Position numbers and translations under genes: made by a program. From NCBI RefSeq assembly GCF_044324875.1, contig NZ_CP172185.1: a stretch of DNA of 64,000 bases, one strand, 5' to 3'. This DNA is from Escherichia coli (GTDB taxonomy: Bacteria > Pseudomonadota > Gammaproteobacteria > Enterobacterales > Enterobacteriaceae). The notes under the pieces are model-generated. The model searched no databases. It saw only the letters and a program-made list of their open reading frames with translations, and was not told the DNA's origin. Every line of letters starts with the position of its first letter. The stretch's first letter is position 1. Shown one piece after another: positions 1 to 11,431 of this stretch.

Positions 1-260
1 GTCATTGCGCACGGCAAATCAGCCGCCGTCTGTGTCGCAACTACGACCTGATTTTGACCATGGAAAAGCGCCATATCGAACGCTTATGCGAGATGGCACC
101 GGAGATGCGCGGCAAAGTGATGCTGTTTGGTCACTGGGATAACGAACGTGAAATCCCCGATCCGTATCGCAAAAGCCGGGAAACGTTTGTAGCGGTGTAC
201 ACATTACTTGAACGGTCTGCCCGCCAGTGGGCGCAGGCATTGAACGCAGAGCAGGTATAA
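1..260 (+). CDS. wzb: Low-molecular-weight protein-tyrosine phosphatase Wzb, C-terminal part (5' end outside window)
   Basis: Frame-3 translation from pos 3 reads ...HCARQISRRLCRNYDLILTMEKRHIERL...NAEQV*, matching the Wzb C-terminus; stop at 258-260; immediately upstream of wzc. Confidence 0.9.
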   Translation, partial: HCARQISRRLCRNYDLILTMEKRHIERLCEMAPEMRGKVMLFGHWDNEREIPDPYRKSRETFVAVYTLLERSARQWAQALNAEQV

Positions 261-262
261 GA

Positions 263-2425
263 ATGACAGAAAAAGTAAAACAACATGCCGCTCCGGTAAC
301 GGGCAGTGATGAAATCGATATTGGTCGCCTGGTCGGCACCGTCATTGAAGCGCGCTGGTGGGTGATTGGCATCACCGCCGTATTTGCCCTCTGTGCCGTG
401 GTTTACACCTTCTTCGCCACGCCGATTTATAGTGCCGACGCACTGGTACAAATCGAGCAAAACAGCGGCAATTCGTTAGTGCAGGACATTGGTTCGGCAT
501 TAGCCAACAAACCGCCAGCATCGGACGCCGAGATCCAGTTGATTCGTTCGCGCCTGGTGCTTGGTAAAACGGTGGACGATCTCGACCTCGATATTGCGGT
601 GAGCAAAAACACGTTCCCGATTTTCGGTGCGGGCTGGGATCGCCTGATGGGACGCCAGAACGAGACGGTAAAAGTGACCACCTTTAACCGCCCGAAAGAG
701 ATGGCGGATCAGGTGTTTACGCTTAATGTGCTGGACGATAAAAACTACACTCTGAGCAGCGATGGCGGCTTTAGCGCCCGTGGGCAAGCGGGCCAGATGC
801 TGAAAAAAGAAGGCGTCACACTGATGGTTGAAGCCATTCACGCCAGCCCGGGCAGTGAGTTTACCGTCACCAAATACTCCACGCTGGGGATGATCAACCA
901 ACTGCAAAACAGCCTGACGGTAACGGAGAACGGCAAAGATGCTGGCGTTTTGAGCCTGACTTATACTGGAGAAGATCGCGAACAGATCCGCGACATTCTT
1001 AACAGTATCGCTCGTAACTATCAGGAACAAAATATTGAGCGCAAATCGGCGGAAGCGTCGAAAAGCCTCGCTTTCCTCGCGCAACAGTTACCGGAAGTAC
1101 GTAGCCGCCTCGATGTTGCCGAAAACAAACTGAATGCCTTCCGTCAGGATAAAGATTCAGTTGATCTGCCGCTGGAAGCGAAAGCGGTGCTCGATTCGAT
1201 GGTGAACATCGACGCGCAGTTGAACGAACTGACCTTTAAAGAAGCGGAAATCTCCAAGCTGTACACCAAAGTTCACCCGGCGTATCGCACGCTGCTGGAG
1301 AAACGGCAGGCGCTGGAAGACGAAAAAGCCAAACTTAATGGTCGCGTAACGGCGATGCCGAAAACCCAGCAGGAAATTGTGCGCCTGACCCGCGATGTCG
1401 AGTCTGGGCAGCAGGTCTATATGCAACTGCTGAATAAAGAGCAGGAGCTGAAAATCACCGAAGCCAGCACCGTCGGTGATGTGCGCATTGTTGACCCGGC
1501 AATCACCCAGCCTGGTGTGCTAAAACCGAAGAAAGGGCTGATTATCCTTGGGGCGATTATCCTCGGCCTGATGCTCTCTATCGTGGGTGTGCTGCTGCGC
1601 TCGTTGTTTAATCGCGGTATCGAAAGCCCGCAGGTGCTGGAAGAACACGGTATCAGCGTCTATGCCAGCATCCCGCTGTCGGAATGGCAGAAAGCGCGCG
1701 ATAGCGTCAAAACCATCAAAGGGATTAAACGCTATAAACAGAGCCAGCTACTGGCGGTGGGGAATCCAAGCGATCTGGCGATTGAAGCCATTCGCAGTCT
1801 GCGTACCAGTCTGCACTTCGCGATGATGCAGGCACAGAACAATGTGTTGATGATGACAGGGGTTAGCCCGTCAATCGGTAAAACCTTTGTCTGCGCCAAC
1901 CTGGCGGCGGTGATCAGCCAGACCAATAAACGGGTGTTGTTGATCGACTGCGATATGCGCAAAGGCTACACCCACGAGCTGTTGGGCACCAATAACGTCA
2001 ATGGCCTGTCGGAAATTCTGATTGGTCAGGGCGATATTACTACCGCAGCTAAACCGACCTCTATTGCCAAATTTGACCTGATCCCGCGCGGTCAGGTGCC
2101 GCCAAATCCTTCTGAACTGTTGATGAGCGAACGCTTTGCCGAACTGGTGAACTGGGCGAGTAAAAACTATGACCTGGTGTTGATTGATACGCCGCCGATT
2201 CTGGCAGTGACCGATGCGGCAATTGTTGGTCGTCATGTCGGAACCACGTTAATGGTGGCGCGTTATGCGGTCAACACCTTGAAAGAAGTGGAAACCAGTC
2301 TGAGCCGCTTTGAGCAAAACGGTATTCCGGTGAAAGGGGTGATTTTGAACTCCATCTTCCGCCGCGCCAGCGCGTATCAGGATTATGGCTATTACGAATA
2401 CGAATATAAGTCGGACGCGAAATAA
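263..2425 (+). CDS. wzc: Tyrosine autokinase / polysaccharide co-polymerase Wzc (colanic acid export)
   Basis: ORF 227..2425; likely start is ATG at 263 (MTEKVKQHAAPVTG...). Walker-type motif (GVSPSIGKT) and Tyr-rich C-terminus (YQDYGYYEYEYKSDAK). Confidence 0.93.
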   Translation: MTEKVKQHAAPVTGSDEIDIGRLVGTVIEARWWVIGITAVFALCAVVYTFFATPIYSADALVQIEQNSGNSLVQDIGSALANKPPASDAEIQLIRSRLVLGKTVDDLDLDIAVSKNTFPIFGAGWDRLMGRQNETVKVTTFNRPKEMADQVFTLNVLDDKNYTLSSDGGFSARGQAGQMLKKEGVTLMVEAIHASPGSEFTVTKYSTLGMINQLQNSLTVTENGKDAGVLSLTYTGEDREQIRDILNSIARNYQEQNIERKSAEASKSLAFLAQQLPEVRSRLDVAENKLNAFRQDKDSVDLPLEAKAVLDSMVNIDAQLNELTFKEAEISKLYTKVHPAYRTLLEKRQALEDEKAKLNGRVTAMPKTQQEIVRLTRDVESGQQVYMQLLNKEQELKITEASTVGDVRIVDPAITQPGVLKPKKGLIILGAIILGLMLSIVGVLLRSLFNRGIESPQVLEEHGISVYASIPLSEWQKARDSVKTIKGIKRYKQSQLLAVGNPSDLAIEAIRSLRTSLHFAMMQAQNNVLMMTGVSPSIGKTFVCANLAAVISQTNKRVLLIDCDMRKGYTHELLGTNNVNGLSEILIGQGDITTAAKPTSIAKFDLIPRGQVPPNPSELLMSERFAELVNWASKNYDLVLIDTPPILAVTDAAIVGRHVGTTLMVARYAVNTLKEVETSLSRFEQNGIPVKGVILNSIFRRASAYQDYGYYEYEYKSDAK

Positions 2426-2436
2426 CGAGATCCGCT

Positions 2437-2470
2437 GTCGGATGCGATGCTGACGCATCTTATCCGACCT
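2437..2470. repeat. REP-type palindromic unit in wzc-wcaA intergenic region
   Basis: gtcggatgcgatgctgacgcatcttatccgac is an imperfect palindrome of the enterobacterial REP type. Confidence 0.55.
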
Positions 2471-2553
2471 CCGTTCACGCCGCATCCGGCAACAGAACCC
2501 GTAAACAAGCTTATAAACCGGCAGAACATCTCGACACTCCGGGAGAACAACCT

Positions 2554-3393
2554 ATGAAAGACAATCCGCTGATCTCAATCTATATGCCGACCTGGAATCG
2601 CCAACAACTGGCGATTCGGGCGATAAAATCGGTCCTGCGCCAGGACTATAACAACTGGGAGATGATCATCGTGGATGATTGCTCCACCTCCTGGGAACAA
2701 CTCCAACAGTACGTCACCGCCCTCAACGATCCGCGTATCACTTACATTCACAACGACATTAACAACGGGGCGTGCGCGGTACGTAACCAGGCGATTATGC
2801 TGGCGCAAGGGGAATATATCACCGGGATCGATGATGATGATGAATGGACCCCCAACCGTCTGAGCGTCTTCCTCGCCCATAAACAGCAACTGGTCACACA
2901 CGCCTTTTTGTACGCTAACGACTACGTTTGCCAGGGCGAAGTCTATTCCCAACCGGCAAGTTTGCCACTGTATCCCAAATCGCCGTATTCACGCCGCCTG
3001 TTCTACAAACGCAATATCATTGGCAATCAGGTCTTTACCTGGGCGTGGCGTTTCAAAGAGTGTTTGTTCGATACCGAACTGAAAGCGGCACAGGATTACG
3101 ACATTTTCCTGCGGATGGTGGTGGAGTATGGCGAACCGTGGAAAGTGGAAGAGGCGACGCAGATCCTGCATATCAATCACGGTGAAATGCAGATCACCTC
3201 GTCACCGAAAAAATTCTCCGGATACTTCCACTTTTACCGTAAGCACAAAGACAAATTTGACCGCGCCAGCAAAAAATATCAGCTGTTTACCCTCTACCAG
3301 ATCCGCAATAAACGCATGACCTGGCGCACTTTGCTGACGCTGCTGTCGGTGCGTAACGGCAAACGTCTGGCTGATGGTATTCGGGGGCGCTAA
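2554..3393 (+). CDS. wcaA: Colanic acid glycosyltransferase WcaA (GT2 family)
   Basis: 279-aa ORF; DxD-type GT2 signature (IIVDDCS, GIDDDDEW); position in conserved wca gene order. Confidence 0.88.
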   Translation: MKDNPLISIYMPTWNRQQLAIRAIKSVLRQDYNNWEMIIVDDCSTSWEQLQQYVTALNDPRITYIHNDINNGACAVRNQAIMLAQGEYITGIDDDDEWTPNRLSVFLAHKQQLVTHAFLYANDYVCQGEVYSQPASLPLYPKSPYSRRLFYKRNIIGNQVFTWAWRFKECLFDTELKAAQDYDIFLRMVVEYGEPWKVEEATQILHINHGEMQITSSPKKFSGYFHFYRKHKDKFDRASKKYQLFTLYQIRNKRMTWRTLLTLLSVRNGKRLADGIRGR

Positions 3394-3395
3394 AG

Positions 3396-3884
3396 ATGCT
3401 GGAAGATCTGCGCGCCAACAGCTGGAGTTTACGCCCGTGCTGCATGGTTCTTGCCTATCGCGTCGCTCATTTTTGTTCGGTGTGGCGCAAAAAGAACGTC
3501 CTCAACAATCTGTGGGCGGCCCCGCTGTTGGTGCTGTATCGCATTATTACCGAATGCTTTTTCGGTTATGAAATCCAGGCCGCCGCGACCATTGGCCGCC
3601 GCTTTACTATCCATCACGGTTACGCCGTAGTGATCAATAAAAACGTGGTAGCGGGGGATGATTTCACCATTCGCCACGGCGTCACTATCGGCAATCGTGG
3701 TGCCGATAACATGGCATGTCCACACATTGGCAACGGCGTCGAACTCGGTGCCAACGTCATTATTCTTGGTGATATCACGATTGGTAACAACGTCACCGTG
3801 GGCGCGGGCAGCGTGGTGCTCGACTCTGTCCCGGACAACGCGCTGGTGGTGGGAGAAAAAGCGCGAGTGAAGGTAATTAAATGA
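3396..3884 (+). CDS. wcaB: Colanic acid O-acetyltransferase WcaB (hexapeptide-repeat)
   Basis: 162-aa ORF with left-handed beta-helix hexapeptide repeats (IGNGVELGANVIILGDITIGNNVTVGAGSVV); conserved position. Confidence 0.88.
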   Translation: MLEDLRANSWSLRPCCMVLAYRVAHFCSVWRKKNVLNNLWAAPLLVLYRIITECFFGYEIQAAATIGRRFTIHHGYAVVINKNVVAGDDFTIRHGVTIGNRGADNMACPHIGNGVELGANVIILGDITIGNNVTVGAGSVVLDSVPDNALVVGEKARVKVIK

Positions 3885-5098
3885 ATATTCTGCAATTTAA
3901 TGTGCGACTGGCGGAAGGCGGGGCAGCAGGTGTGGCGTTAGATCTCCACCAGCGCGCGCTGCAACAGGGGCTGGCGTCACATTTTGTCTACGGCTACGGC
4001 AAAGGCGGCAAAGAGAGCGTCAGCCATCAGAACTATCCGCAGGTCATCAAACATACGCCGCGGATGACCGCGATGGCGAACATTGCGTTGTTTCGTCTGT
4101 TTAATCGCGATCTGTTTGGCAATTTCAATGAGTTATATCGCACTATTACCCGCACACCGGGTCCGGTGGTCCTGCATTTTCATGTGCTGCACAGCTACTG
4201 GTTGAATCTTAACAGCGTGGTGCGCTTTTGCGAAAAAGTGAAAAACCATAAACCGGATGTCACTCTGGTCTGGACGCTGCACGACCACTGGAGCGTTACC
4301 GGACGCTGCGCCTTTACCGACGGTTGCGAAGGCTGGAAAACGGGCTGCCAGAAATGCCCGACCTTAAATAATTATCCGCCGGTGAAGATTGATCGCGCAC
4401 ACCAACTGGTGGCGGGCAAACGGCAGTTATTCCGTGAGATGCTGGCACTGGGCTGTCAGTTTATTTCCCCCAGCCAGCATGTGGCTGACGCTTTCAATAA
4501 CCTGTACGGTCCAGGGCGTTGCCGGATTATCAATAACGGTATTGATATGGCAACCGAAGCGATTTTGGCGGACTTGCCTCCGGTACGCGAAACCCAGGGC
4601 AAGCCGAAAATCGCGGTGGTGGCGCATGATCTGCGTTACGACGGCAAAACTAACCAGCAACTGGTACGCGAGATGATGGCGCTGGGTGACAAAATCGAAC
4701 TGCATACTTTCGGTAAGTTCTCACCGTTCACCGCTGGTAATGTGGTCAATCACGGCTTTGAAACCGACAAACGTAAACTGATGAGCGCGCTCAACCAGAT
4801 GGATGCGCTGGTATTCAGTTCTCGCGTCGATAACTACCCGCTGATTTTGTGTGAGGCGTTATCGATTGGCGTGCCGGTGATTGCCACCCATAGCGATGCG
4901 GCGCGTGAAGTGCTGCAAAAATCCGGTGGTAAAACCGTCAGCGAAGAAGATGTGCTGCAGCTGGTGCAGTTAAGCAAACCGGAAATCGCACAGGCGATAT
5001 TTGGTACCACGCTGGCTGAGTTCAGCCAGCGCAGCCGCGCCGCCTACAGTGGACAACAGATGCTGGAGGAGTATGTCAACTTCTATCAGAATCTGTAG
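3881..5098 (+). CDS. wcaC: Colanic acid glycosyltransferase WcaC (GT4-like)
   Basis: 405-aa ORF; start overlaps wcaB stop (ATGA), implying translational coupling; conserved gene order. Confidence 0.88.
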   Translation: MNILQFNVRLAEGGAAGVALDLHQRALQQGLASHFVYGYGKGGKESVSHQNYPQVIKHTPRMTAMANIALFRLFNRDLFGNFNELYRTITRTPGPVVLHFHVLHSYWLNLNSVVRFCEKVKNHKPDVTLVWTLHDHWSVTGRCAFTDGCEGWKTGCQKCPTLNNYPPVKIDRAHQLVAGKRQLFREMLALGCQFISPSQHVADAFNNLYGPGRCRIINNGIDMATEAILADLPPVRETQGKPKIAVVAHDLRYDGKTNQQLVREMMALGDKIELHTFGKFSPFTAGNVVNHGFETDKRKLMSALNQMDALVFSSRVDNYPLILCEALSIGVPVIATHSDAAREVLQKSGGKTVSEEDVLQLVQLSKPEIAQAIFGTTLAEFSQRSRAAYSGQQMLEEYVNFYQNL

Positions 5099-6290
5099 CT
5101 ACCTGCTGCTGCCGCTGATTTACCTGTTGGTTAACGTCAAAATCGCCCAGCTTGGCGAAAGTTTCCCCATCACCATCGTCACTTTTTTACCTGTCTTGTT
5201 ACTGCTGTTTTTAGAACGCATCAGCGTTAAAAAATTGATGATTGCCTTAGGGATTGGTGCGGGACTCACGGCGTTTAACTATCTGTTTGGTCAGTCGTTG
5301 GATGCCAGTAAATACGTCACTTCAACCATGCTGTTTGTCTATATTGTGATCATTATTGGCATGGTGTGGAGTATTCGCTTTAAAACGATTTCGCCACACA
5401 ACCATCGCAAGATATTACGTTTCTTTTATCTGGTGGTCGGGTTGGTGGTGGCGCTGGCGGCGGTGGAGATGGCGCAAATTATCCTCACCGGCGGCAGCAG
5501 TATTATGGAATCGATTTCGAAATATCTGATTTACAGCAACAGCTATGTGCTGAATTTCATCAAATTCGGCGGCAAGCGCACGACAGCACTTTATTTCGAA
5601 CCGGCATTTTTCGCTCTGGCATTAATCTCAATTTGGCTCAGCATCAAACAGTTTGGTATCAAAACCCCTAAAACCGATGCTATGATTCTCGCAGGGATAA
5701 TATTATCCGGATCGTTTTCAGGGGTTATGACCTTTATCCTGTTTTATTTGCTGGAGTGGGCATTTCAATATCTGAATAAAGAGGCGATTAAGAAAAAGTT
5801 ACCGTTAGCATTGATTTCTCTGGCTGTATTCCTGGTTGGTGTGGTAATCGCGTTTCCTTATATTTCCACCCGTCTGGGCGATTTAGGTACGGAAGGATCG
5901 TCATCATATTATCGTATTGTCGGTCCGCTGGTGATGGTCGGTTATTCTTTGACCCATATTGACGGTGTAGTCAGATTTGGCTCACTTTATGAATATGTCG
6001 CATCATTCGGAATATTTAACGGTGCGGATGTCGGAAAAACCATAGACAATGGTTTGTATCTGCTGATTATTTATTTTTCCTGGTTCGCGGTGTTTTTATC
6101 ACTGTGGTACATGGGGAAAGTGATAAAAATGATGATCAACGCTTTTGGTGATAACCGCAATTTTCGCGTGCAATTATATCTTTTTACTCCGGTATCGCTG
6201 TTTTTTACCGGTTCGATATTTAGCCCGGAATATGCATTTTTAATCGTCTGTCCGTTTATTTTGCGAAAAGCGTTAAATATTACGAGGTAA
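5073..6290 (+). CDS. wcaD: Colanic acid polymerase WcaD (multi-pass membrane protein)
   Basis: ORF 5001..6290; an internal in-frame ATG at 5073 ([12 protein letters not shown]...) gives a 405-aa hydrophobic protein and avoids a 98-bp overlap with wcaC. Confidence 0.82.
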   Translation: MSTSIRICSYLLLPLIYLLVNVKIAQLGESFPITIVTFLPVLLLLFLERISVKKLMIALGIGAGLTAFNYLFGQSLDASKYVTSTMLFVYIVIIIGMVWSIRFKTISPHNHRKILRFFYLVVGLVVALAAVEMAQIILTGGSSIMESISKYLIYSNSYVLNFIKFGGKRTTALYFEPAFFALALISIWLSIKQFGIKTPKTDAMILAGIILSGSFSGVMTFILFYLLEWAFQYLNKEAIKKKLPLALISLAVFLVGVVIAFPYISTRLGDLGTEGSSSYYRIVGPLVMVGYSLTHIDGVVRFGSLYEYVASFGIFNGADVGKTIDNGLYLLIIYFSWFAVFLSLWYMGKVIKMMINAFGDNRNFRVQLYLFTPVSLFFTGSIFSPEYAFLIVCPFILRKALNITR

Positions 6291-6300
6291 GAATAAGAAC

Positions 6301-7047
6301 ATGTTGCTTAGCATAATCACTGTCGCGTTTCGTAACCTCGAAGGGATAGTCAAAACACACGCCTCGCTGGCGCATCTGGCGCAGGCGGACGATATCAGCT
6401 TCGAATGGATTGTTGTCGATGGCGGTTCCAATGATGGCACCCGTGAGTATCTGGAAAATCTCAATGGTATCTTTAACCTACGCTTTGTCAGCGAGCCAGA
6501 TAATGGTATCTACGACGCCATGAACAAAGGCATTGCGATGGCACAAGGCAAGTTCGCGCTGTTTCTCAACTCGGGCGATATTTTTCATCAGGATGCCGCA
6601 AATTTTGTCCGTAAGTTAAAAATGCAAAAAGATAACGTGATGATCACCGGCGATGCGCTGCTGGATTTTGGCGACGGGCATAAAATTAAACGTAGCGCCA
6701 AACCGGGTTGGTATATTTATCACAGCCTGCCCGCCAGTCATCAGGCGATATTTTTTCCGGTATCCGGCTTGAAAAAATGGCGTTATGACCTGGAATATAA
6801 AGTTTCTTCCGACTACGCGCTGGCAGCCAAAATGTATAAAGCCGGTTATGCATTTAAAAAACTCAATGGCCTGGTGTCTGAATTTTCTATGGGTGGAGTA
6901 TCTACCACCAATAATATGGAATTATGTGCTGACGCCAAAAAAGTCCAACGGCAGATATTGCACGTGCCTGGCTTTTGGGCTGAATTATCCTGGCATTTAC
7001 GCCAACGTACTACCTCAAAGACGAAAGCCTTATATAACAAAAGCTGA
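6301..7047 (+). CDS. wcaE: Colanic acid glycosyltransferase WcaE (GT2 family)
   Basis: 248-aa ORF; GT2-like N-terminus (ITVAFRN...[10 protein letters not shown]); conserved order. Confidence 0.88.
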   Translation: MLLSIITVAFRNLEGIVKTHASLAHLAQADDISFEWIVVDGGSNDGTREYLENLNGIFNLRFVSEPDNGIYDAMNKGIAMAQGKFALFLNSGDIFHQDAANFVRKLKMQKDNVMITGDALLDFGDGHKIKRSAKPGWYIYHSLPASHQAIFFPVSGLKKWRYDLEYKVSSDYALAAKMYKAGYAFKKLNGLVSEFSMGGVSTTNNMELCADAKKVQRQILHVPGFWAELSWHLRQRTTSKTKALYNKS

Positions 7048-7062
7048 ATATAAGGGAAAACG

Positions 7063-7611
7063 ATGCAGGATTTAAGTGGTTTCTCGGTACCGAAAGGGTT
7101 CCGGGGCGGCAACGCTATTAAAGTGCAATTGTGGTGGGCAGTACAGGCAACATTATTTGCCTGGTCGCCGCAAGTATTGTATCGCTGGCGGGCTTTTTTA
7201 TTACGTTTATTCGGCGCAAAAATAGGAAAAAACGTAGTTATTCGTCCGTCAGTAAAAATTACCTATCCGTGGAAATTAACTTTAGGTGATTACGCGTGGG
7301 TCGGCGATGAGGTCAATTTATATACCCTCGGTGAAATAACCATTGGCGCACATTCTGTGATATCGCAAAAAAGTTATTTATGCACCGGTAGCCACGACCA
7401 TGCAAGTCAACATTTCACCATTAACGCCACGCCTATTGTGATTGGCGAGAAATGCTGGCTGGCGACAGATGTTTTTGTTGCCCCTGGCGTCACGATCGGC
7501 GACGGCACCGTCGTGGGTGCGCGAAGCAGTGTTTTTAAATCGCTTCCGGCAAATGTGGTTTGCCGGGGGAATCCCGCAGTGGTGATACGCGAACGCGTTG
7601 AAACTGAATAA
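7063..7611 (+). CDS. wcaF: Colanic acid acetyltransferase WcaF (hexapeptide-repeat)
   Basis: 182-aa ORF with hexapeptide-repeat region (VAPGVTIGDGTVVGARSSV). Confidence 0.88.
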   Translation: MQDLSGFSVPKGFRGGNAIKVQLWWAVQATLFAWSPQVLYRWRAFLLRLFGAKIGKNVVIRPSVKITYPWKLTLGDYAWVGDEVNLYTLGEITIGAHSVISQKSYLCTGSHDHASQHFTINATPIVIGEKCWLATDVFVAPGVTIGDGTVVGARSSVFKSLPANVVCRGNPAVVIRERVETE

Positions 7612-7637
7612 ATTCAAAAAATACAGAGGAATAAGAC

Positions 7638-8759
7638 ATGTCAAAAGTCGCTCTCATCACCGGTGTAACCGGACAAGACGGTTCTTACCTGGCAGAGTTT
7701 CTGCTGGAAAAAGGTTACGAGGTGCATGGTATTAAGCGTCGTGCATCGTCATTCAACACCGAGCGCGTGGATCACATTTATCAGGATCCGCACACCTGCA
7801 ACCCGAAATTCCATCTGCATTATGGCGACCTGAGTGATACCTCCAACCTGACGCGTATTTTGCGTGAAGTGCAGCCGGATGAAGTGTACAACCTGGGCGC
7901 AATGAGCCACGTTGCGGTTTCTTTTGAGTCACCGGAATATACCGCAGACGTCGATGCGATGGGTACGCTACGCCTGCTGGAGGCGATCCGCTTCCTCGGT
8001 CTGGAAAAGAAAACCCGTTTCTATCAGGCTTCCACCTCTGAACTGTACGGTCTGGTGCAGGAAATTCCGCAGAAAGAGACCACGCCGTTCTACCCGCGAT
8101 CTCCGTATGCGGTCGCCAAACTGTACGCCTACTGGATCACCGTTAACTACCGCGAATCCTACGGCATGTACGCCTGTAACGGTATTCTCTTCAACCATGA
8201 ATCCCCGCGCCGCGGCGAAACCTTCGTTACCCGCAAAATCACCCGCGCAATCGCCAACATCGCTCAGGGGCTGGAGTCGTGCCTGTACCTCGGCAATATG
8301 GATTCCCTGCGCGACTGGGGCCATGCCAAAGACTACGTAAAAATGCAGTGGATGATGCTGCAACAGGAACAGCCGGAAGATTTCGTTATCGCGACCGGCG
8401 TTCAGTACTCCGTGCGTCAGTTCGTGGAAATGGCGGCAGCACAGCTGGGTATCAAACTGCGCTTTGAGGGCACGGGCGTTGAAGAGAAGGGTATTGTGGT
8501 TTCCGTCACCGGGCATGACGCGCCGGGCGTGAAACCGGGTGATGTGATTATCGCCGTTGACCCGCGTTACTTCCGTCCGGCAGAAGTTGAAACGCTGCTC
8601 GGTGACCCGACCAAAGCGCACGAAAAACTGGGCTGGAAACCGGAAATCACCCTCAGAGAGATGGTGTCTGAAATGGTGGCTAATGACCTCGAAGCGGCGA
8701 AAAAACACTCTCTGCTGAAATCTCACGGCTACGACGTGGCGATCGCGCTGGAGTCATAA
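7638..8759 (+). CDS. gmd: GDP-mannose 4,6-dehydratase
   Basis: 373-aa ORF; Rossmann motif [15 protein letters not shown]; SDR catalytic YAVAK; conserved order before fcl. Confidence 0.95.
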
Positions 8760-8761
8760 GC

Positions 8762-9727
8762 ATGAGTAAACAACGCATTTTTATCGCTGGCCATCGCGGG
8801 ATGGTCGGTTCTGCCATCAGGCGGCAGCTCGAACAGCGCGGTGATGTGGAACTGGTATTACGCACCCGCGACGAGCTGAACCTGCTGGACAGCCGCGCCG
8901 TGCATGATTTCTTTGCCAGCGAACGTATTGACCAGGTCTATCTGGCGGCGGCGAAAGTGGGCGGCATTGTTGCCAACAACACGTATCCGGCGGATTTCAT
9001 CTACCAGAACATGATGATTGAGAGCAACATCATTCACGCCGCGCATCAGAACGACGTGAACAAACTGCTGTTTCTCGGATCGTCCTGTATCTACCCGAAA
9101 CTGGCAAAACAGCCGATGGCAGAAAGCGAGTTATTGCAGGGTACGCTGGAGCCGACCAACGAGCCTTACGCCATTGCCAAAATCGCCGGGATCAAACTGT
9201 GCGAATCTTACAATCGCCAGTACGGACGCGATTACCGCTCGGTCATGCCGACCAACCTGTACGGGCCGCACGACAACTTCCACCCGAGTAACTCGCATGT
9301 GATCCCTGCATTGCTGCGTCGCTTCCACGAGGCGACGGCACAGAATGCGCCGGACGTGGTGGTGTGGGGCAGCGGTACGCCGATGCGCGAATTTCTGCAT
9401 GTCGATGATATGGCGGCGGCGAGCATTCATGTCATGGAGCTGGCGCACGAAGTCTGGCTGGAGAACACCCAGCCGATGCTGTCGCACATTAACGTCGGCA
9501 CGGGCGTTGACTGCACTATCCGCGAGCTGGCGCAAACCATCGCCAAAGTGGTGGGTTACAAAGGTCGGGTGGTTTTTGATGCCAGTAAACCGGATGGTAC
9601 ACCGCGCAAACTGCTGGATGTGACGCGCCTGCATCAGCTTGGCTGGTATCACGAAATCTCACTGGAAGCGGGGCTTGCCAGCACTTACCAGTGGTTCCTT
9701 GAGAATCAAGACCGCTTTCGGGGGTAA
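8762..9727 (+). CDS. fcl: GDP-L-fucose synthase (GDP-4-keto-6-deoxymannose epimerase/reductase)
   Basis: 321-aa ORF; N-terminal [10 protein letters not shown] nucleotide-binding motif; YAIAK catalytic motif. Confidence 0.95.
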   Translation: MSKQRIFIAGHRGMVGSAIRRQLEQRGDVELVLRTRDELNLLDSRAVHDFFASERIDQVYLAAAKVGGIVANNTYPADFIYQNMMIESNIIHAAHQNDVNKLLFLGSSCIYPKLAKQPMAESELLQGTLEPTNEPYAIAKIAGIKLCESYNRQYGRDYRSVMPTNLYGPHDNFHPSNSHVIPALLRRFHEATAQNAPDVVVWGSGTPMREFLHVDDMAAASIHVMELAHEVWLENTQPMLSHINVGTGVDCTIRELAQTIAKVVGYKGRVVFDASKPDGTPRKLLDVTRLHQLGWYHEISLEAGLASTYQWFLENQDRFRG

Positions 9728-9729
9728 TG

Positions 9730-10209
9730 ATGTTTTTACGTCAGGAAGACTTTGCCACGGTAGTGCGCTCCACACCGCTTGTCTCTCTCGACTTTATTGT
9801 TGAGAACAGTCGCGGCGAGTTTCTGCTTGGCAAAAGAACCAACCGCCCGGCGCAGGGTTACTGGTTTGTGCCGGGAGGGCGCGTGCAGAAAGACGAAACG
9901 CTGGAAGCCGCATTTGAGCGGCTGACGATGGCGGAACTGGGGCTACGTCTGCCGATAACAGCAGGCCAGTTTTACGGTGTCTGGCAGCACTTTTATGACG
10001 ATAACTTCTCCGGCTCGGATTTTACCACTCACTATGTGGTGCTCGGTTTTCGCATCAGAGTCGCGGAAGATGAGCTGTTACTGCCGGATGAGCAGCATGA
10101 CGATTACCGCTGGCTGACGCCGGACGCGTTGCTCGCCAGTGACAATGTTCACGCTAACAGCCGCGCCTATTTTCTCGCTGAGAAGCGTGCCGGAGTACCC
10201 GGATTATGA
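9730..10209 (+). CDS. gmm: GDP-mannose mannosyl hydrolase (Nudix)
   Basis: ORF 9727..10209; second Met taken as start. Nudix-like segment ([23 protein letters not shown]); conserved position. Confidence 0.88.
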   Translation: MFLRQEDFATVVRSTPLVSLDFIVENSRGEFLLGKRTNRPAQGYWFVPGGRVQKDETLEAAFERLTMAELGLRLPITAGQFYGVWQHFYDDNFSGSDFTTHYVVLGFRIRVAEDELLLPDEQHDDYRWLTPDALLASDNVHANSRAYFLAEKRAGVPGL

Positions 10210-11429
10210 AAATACTGGTCTACGGCATTAACTACTCGCCGGAGTTAACCGGCACCGGCAAGTACACCGGCGAGATGGTGGAATGGCTGGCAGCACAAGG
10301 TCATGAGGTGCGGGTTATTACCGCGCCGCCTTACTACCCGCAGTGGCAGGTGGGCGAGAACTATTCCGCCTGGCGGTACAAACGGGAAGAGGGGGCCGCC
10401 ACGGTGTGGCGCTGCCCGCTGTACGTGCCAAAACAGCCGAGCACCCTGAAACGCCTGTTGCATCTCGGTAGTTTTGCCGCCAGCAGTTTCTTTCCTCTGA
10501 TGGCGCAACGTCGCTGGAAGCCGGATCGCATTATCGGCGTGGTGCCAACGCTGTTTTGCACGCCGGGAATGCGCCTGCTGGCGAAACTCTCTGGTGCGCG
10601 TACCGTGCTGCATATTCAGGATTACGAAGTGGACGCCATGCTGGGGCTGGGCCTTGCCGGAAAAGGCAAAGGCGGCAAAGTGGCACTGCTGGCGACGGCG
10701 TTCGAACGTAGCGGACTGCATAACGTCGATAACGTCTCCACGATTTCGCGCTCGATGATGAATAAAGCCATCGAAAAAGGCGTGGCGGCGGAAAACGTCA
10801 TCTTCTTCCCCAACTGGTCGGAAATTGCCCGTTTTCAGCATGTCGCAGAGGCCGATGTTGATGCCCTTCGTAACCAGCTTGGCCTGCCGGATAACAAAAA
10901 AATCATTCTTTACTCCGGCAATATTGGTGAAAAGCAGGGGCTGGAAAACGTTATTGAAGCTGCCGATCGCCTGCGTGATGAACCGCTGATTTTTGCCATT
11001 GTCGGGCAGGGCGGCGGCAAAGCGTGGCTGGAAAAAATGGCGCAGCAGCGTGGACTGCACAATATGCAATTTTTTCCGCTGCAATCGTATGACGCTTTAC
11101 CCGCACTGCTGAAGATGGGCGATTGCCATCTGGTGGTGCAAAAACGCGGCGCGGCAGATGCCGTATTACCGTCGAAACTAACCAATATTCTGGCAGTAGG
11201 CGGTAACGCGGTGATTACCGCAGAGGCCCACACAGAACTGGGGCAGCTTTGCGAAACCTTTCCGGGCATTGCGGTTTGCGTAGAACCGGAATCGGTCGAG
11301 GCGCTGGTGGCGGGGATCCGTCAGGCGCTCCTGCTGCCCAAACACAACACGGTGGCACGTGAATATGCCGAACGCACGCTCGATAAAGAGAACGTGTTAC
11401 GTCAATTTATAAATGATATTCGGGGATAA
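10206..11429 (+). CDS. wcaI: Colanic acid glycosyltransferase WcaI (GT4)
   Basis: 407-aa ORF overlapping gmm stop by 4 nt; conserved order. Confidence 0.88.
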   Translation: MKILVYGINYSPELTGTGKYTGEMVEWLAAQGHEVRVITAPPYYPQWQVGENYSAWRYKREEGAATVWRCPLYVPKQPSTLKRLLHLGSFAASSFFPLMAQRRWKPDRIIGVVPTLFCTPGMRLLAKLSGARTVLHIQDYEVDAMLGLGLAGKGKGGKVALLATAFERSGLHNVDNVSTISRSMMNKAIEKGVAAENVIFFPNWSEIARFQHVAEADVDALRNQLGLPDNKKIILYSGNIGEKQGLENVIEAADRLRDEPLIFAIVGQGGGKAWLEKMAQQRGLHNMQFFPLQSYDALPALLKMGDCHLVVQKRGAADAVLPSKLTNILAVGGNAVITAEAHTELGQLCETFPGIAVCVEPESVEALVAGIRQALLLPKHNTVAREYAERTLDKENVLRQFINDIRG

Positions 11430-11431
11430 TT

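Noticed and set aside
5001-5072. N-terminal extension of wcaD overlapping wcaC by 98 bp
   Set aside because: The internal ATG at 5073 gives the expected 405-aa polymerase; the extension is an in-frame read-through of the wcaC 3' end.
7968-8726. 252-aa minus-strand ORF inside gmd (similar long antisense ORFs occur inside cpsG 13244-14248, wcaI 10245-11084, sbcB and pduO 59963-60757)
   Set aside because: Each is antisense to a highly conserved enzyme gene with clear motifs; long antisense ORFs are expected in GC-rich coding DNA.
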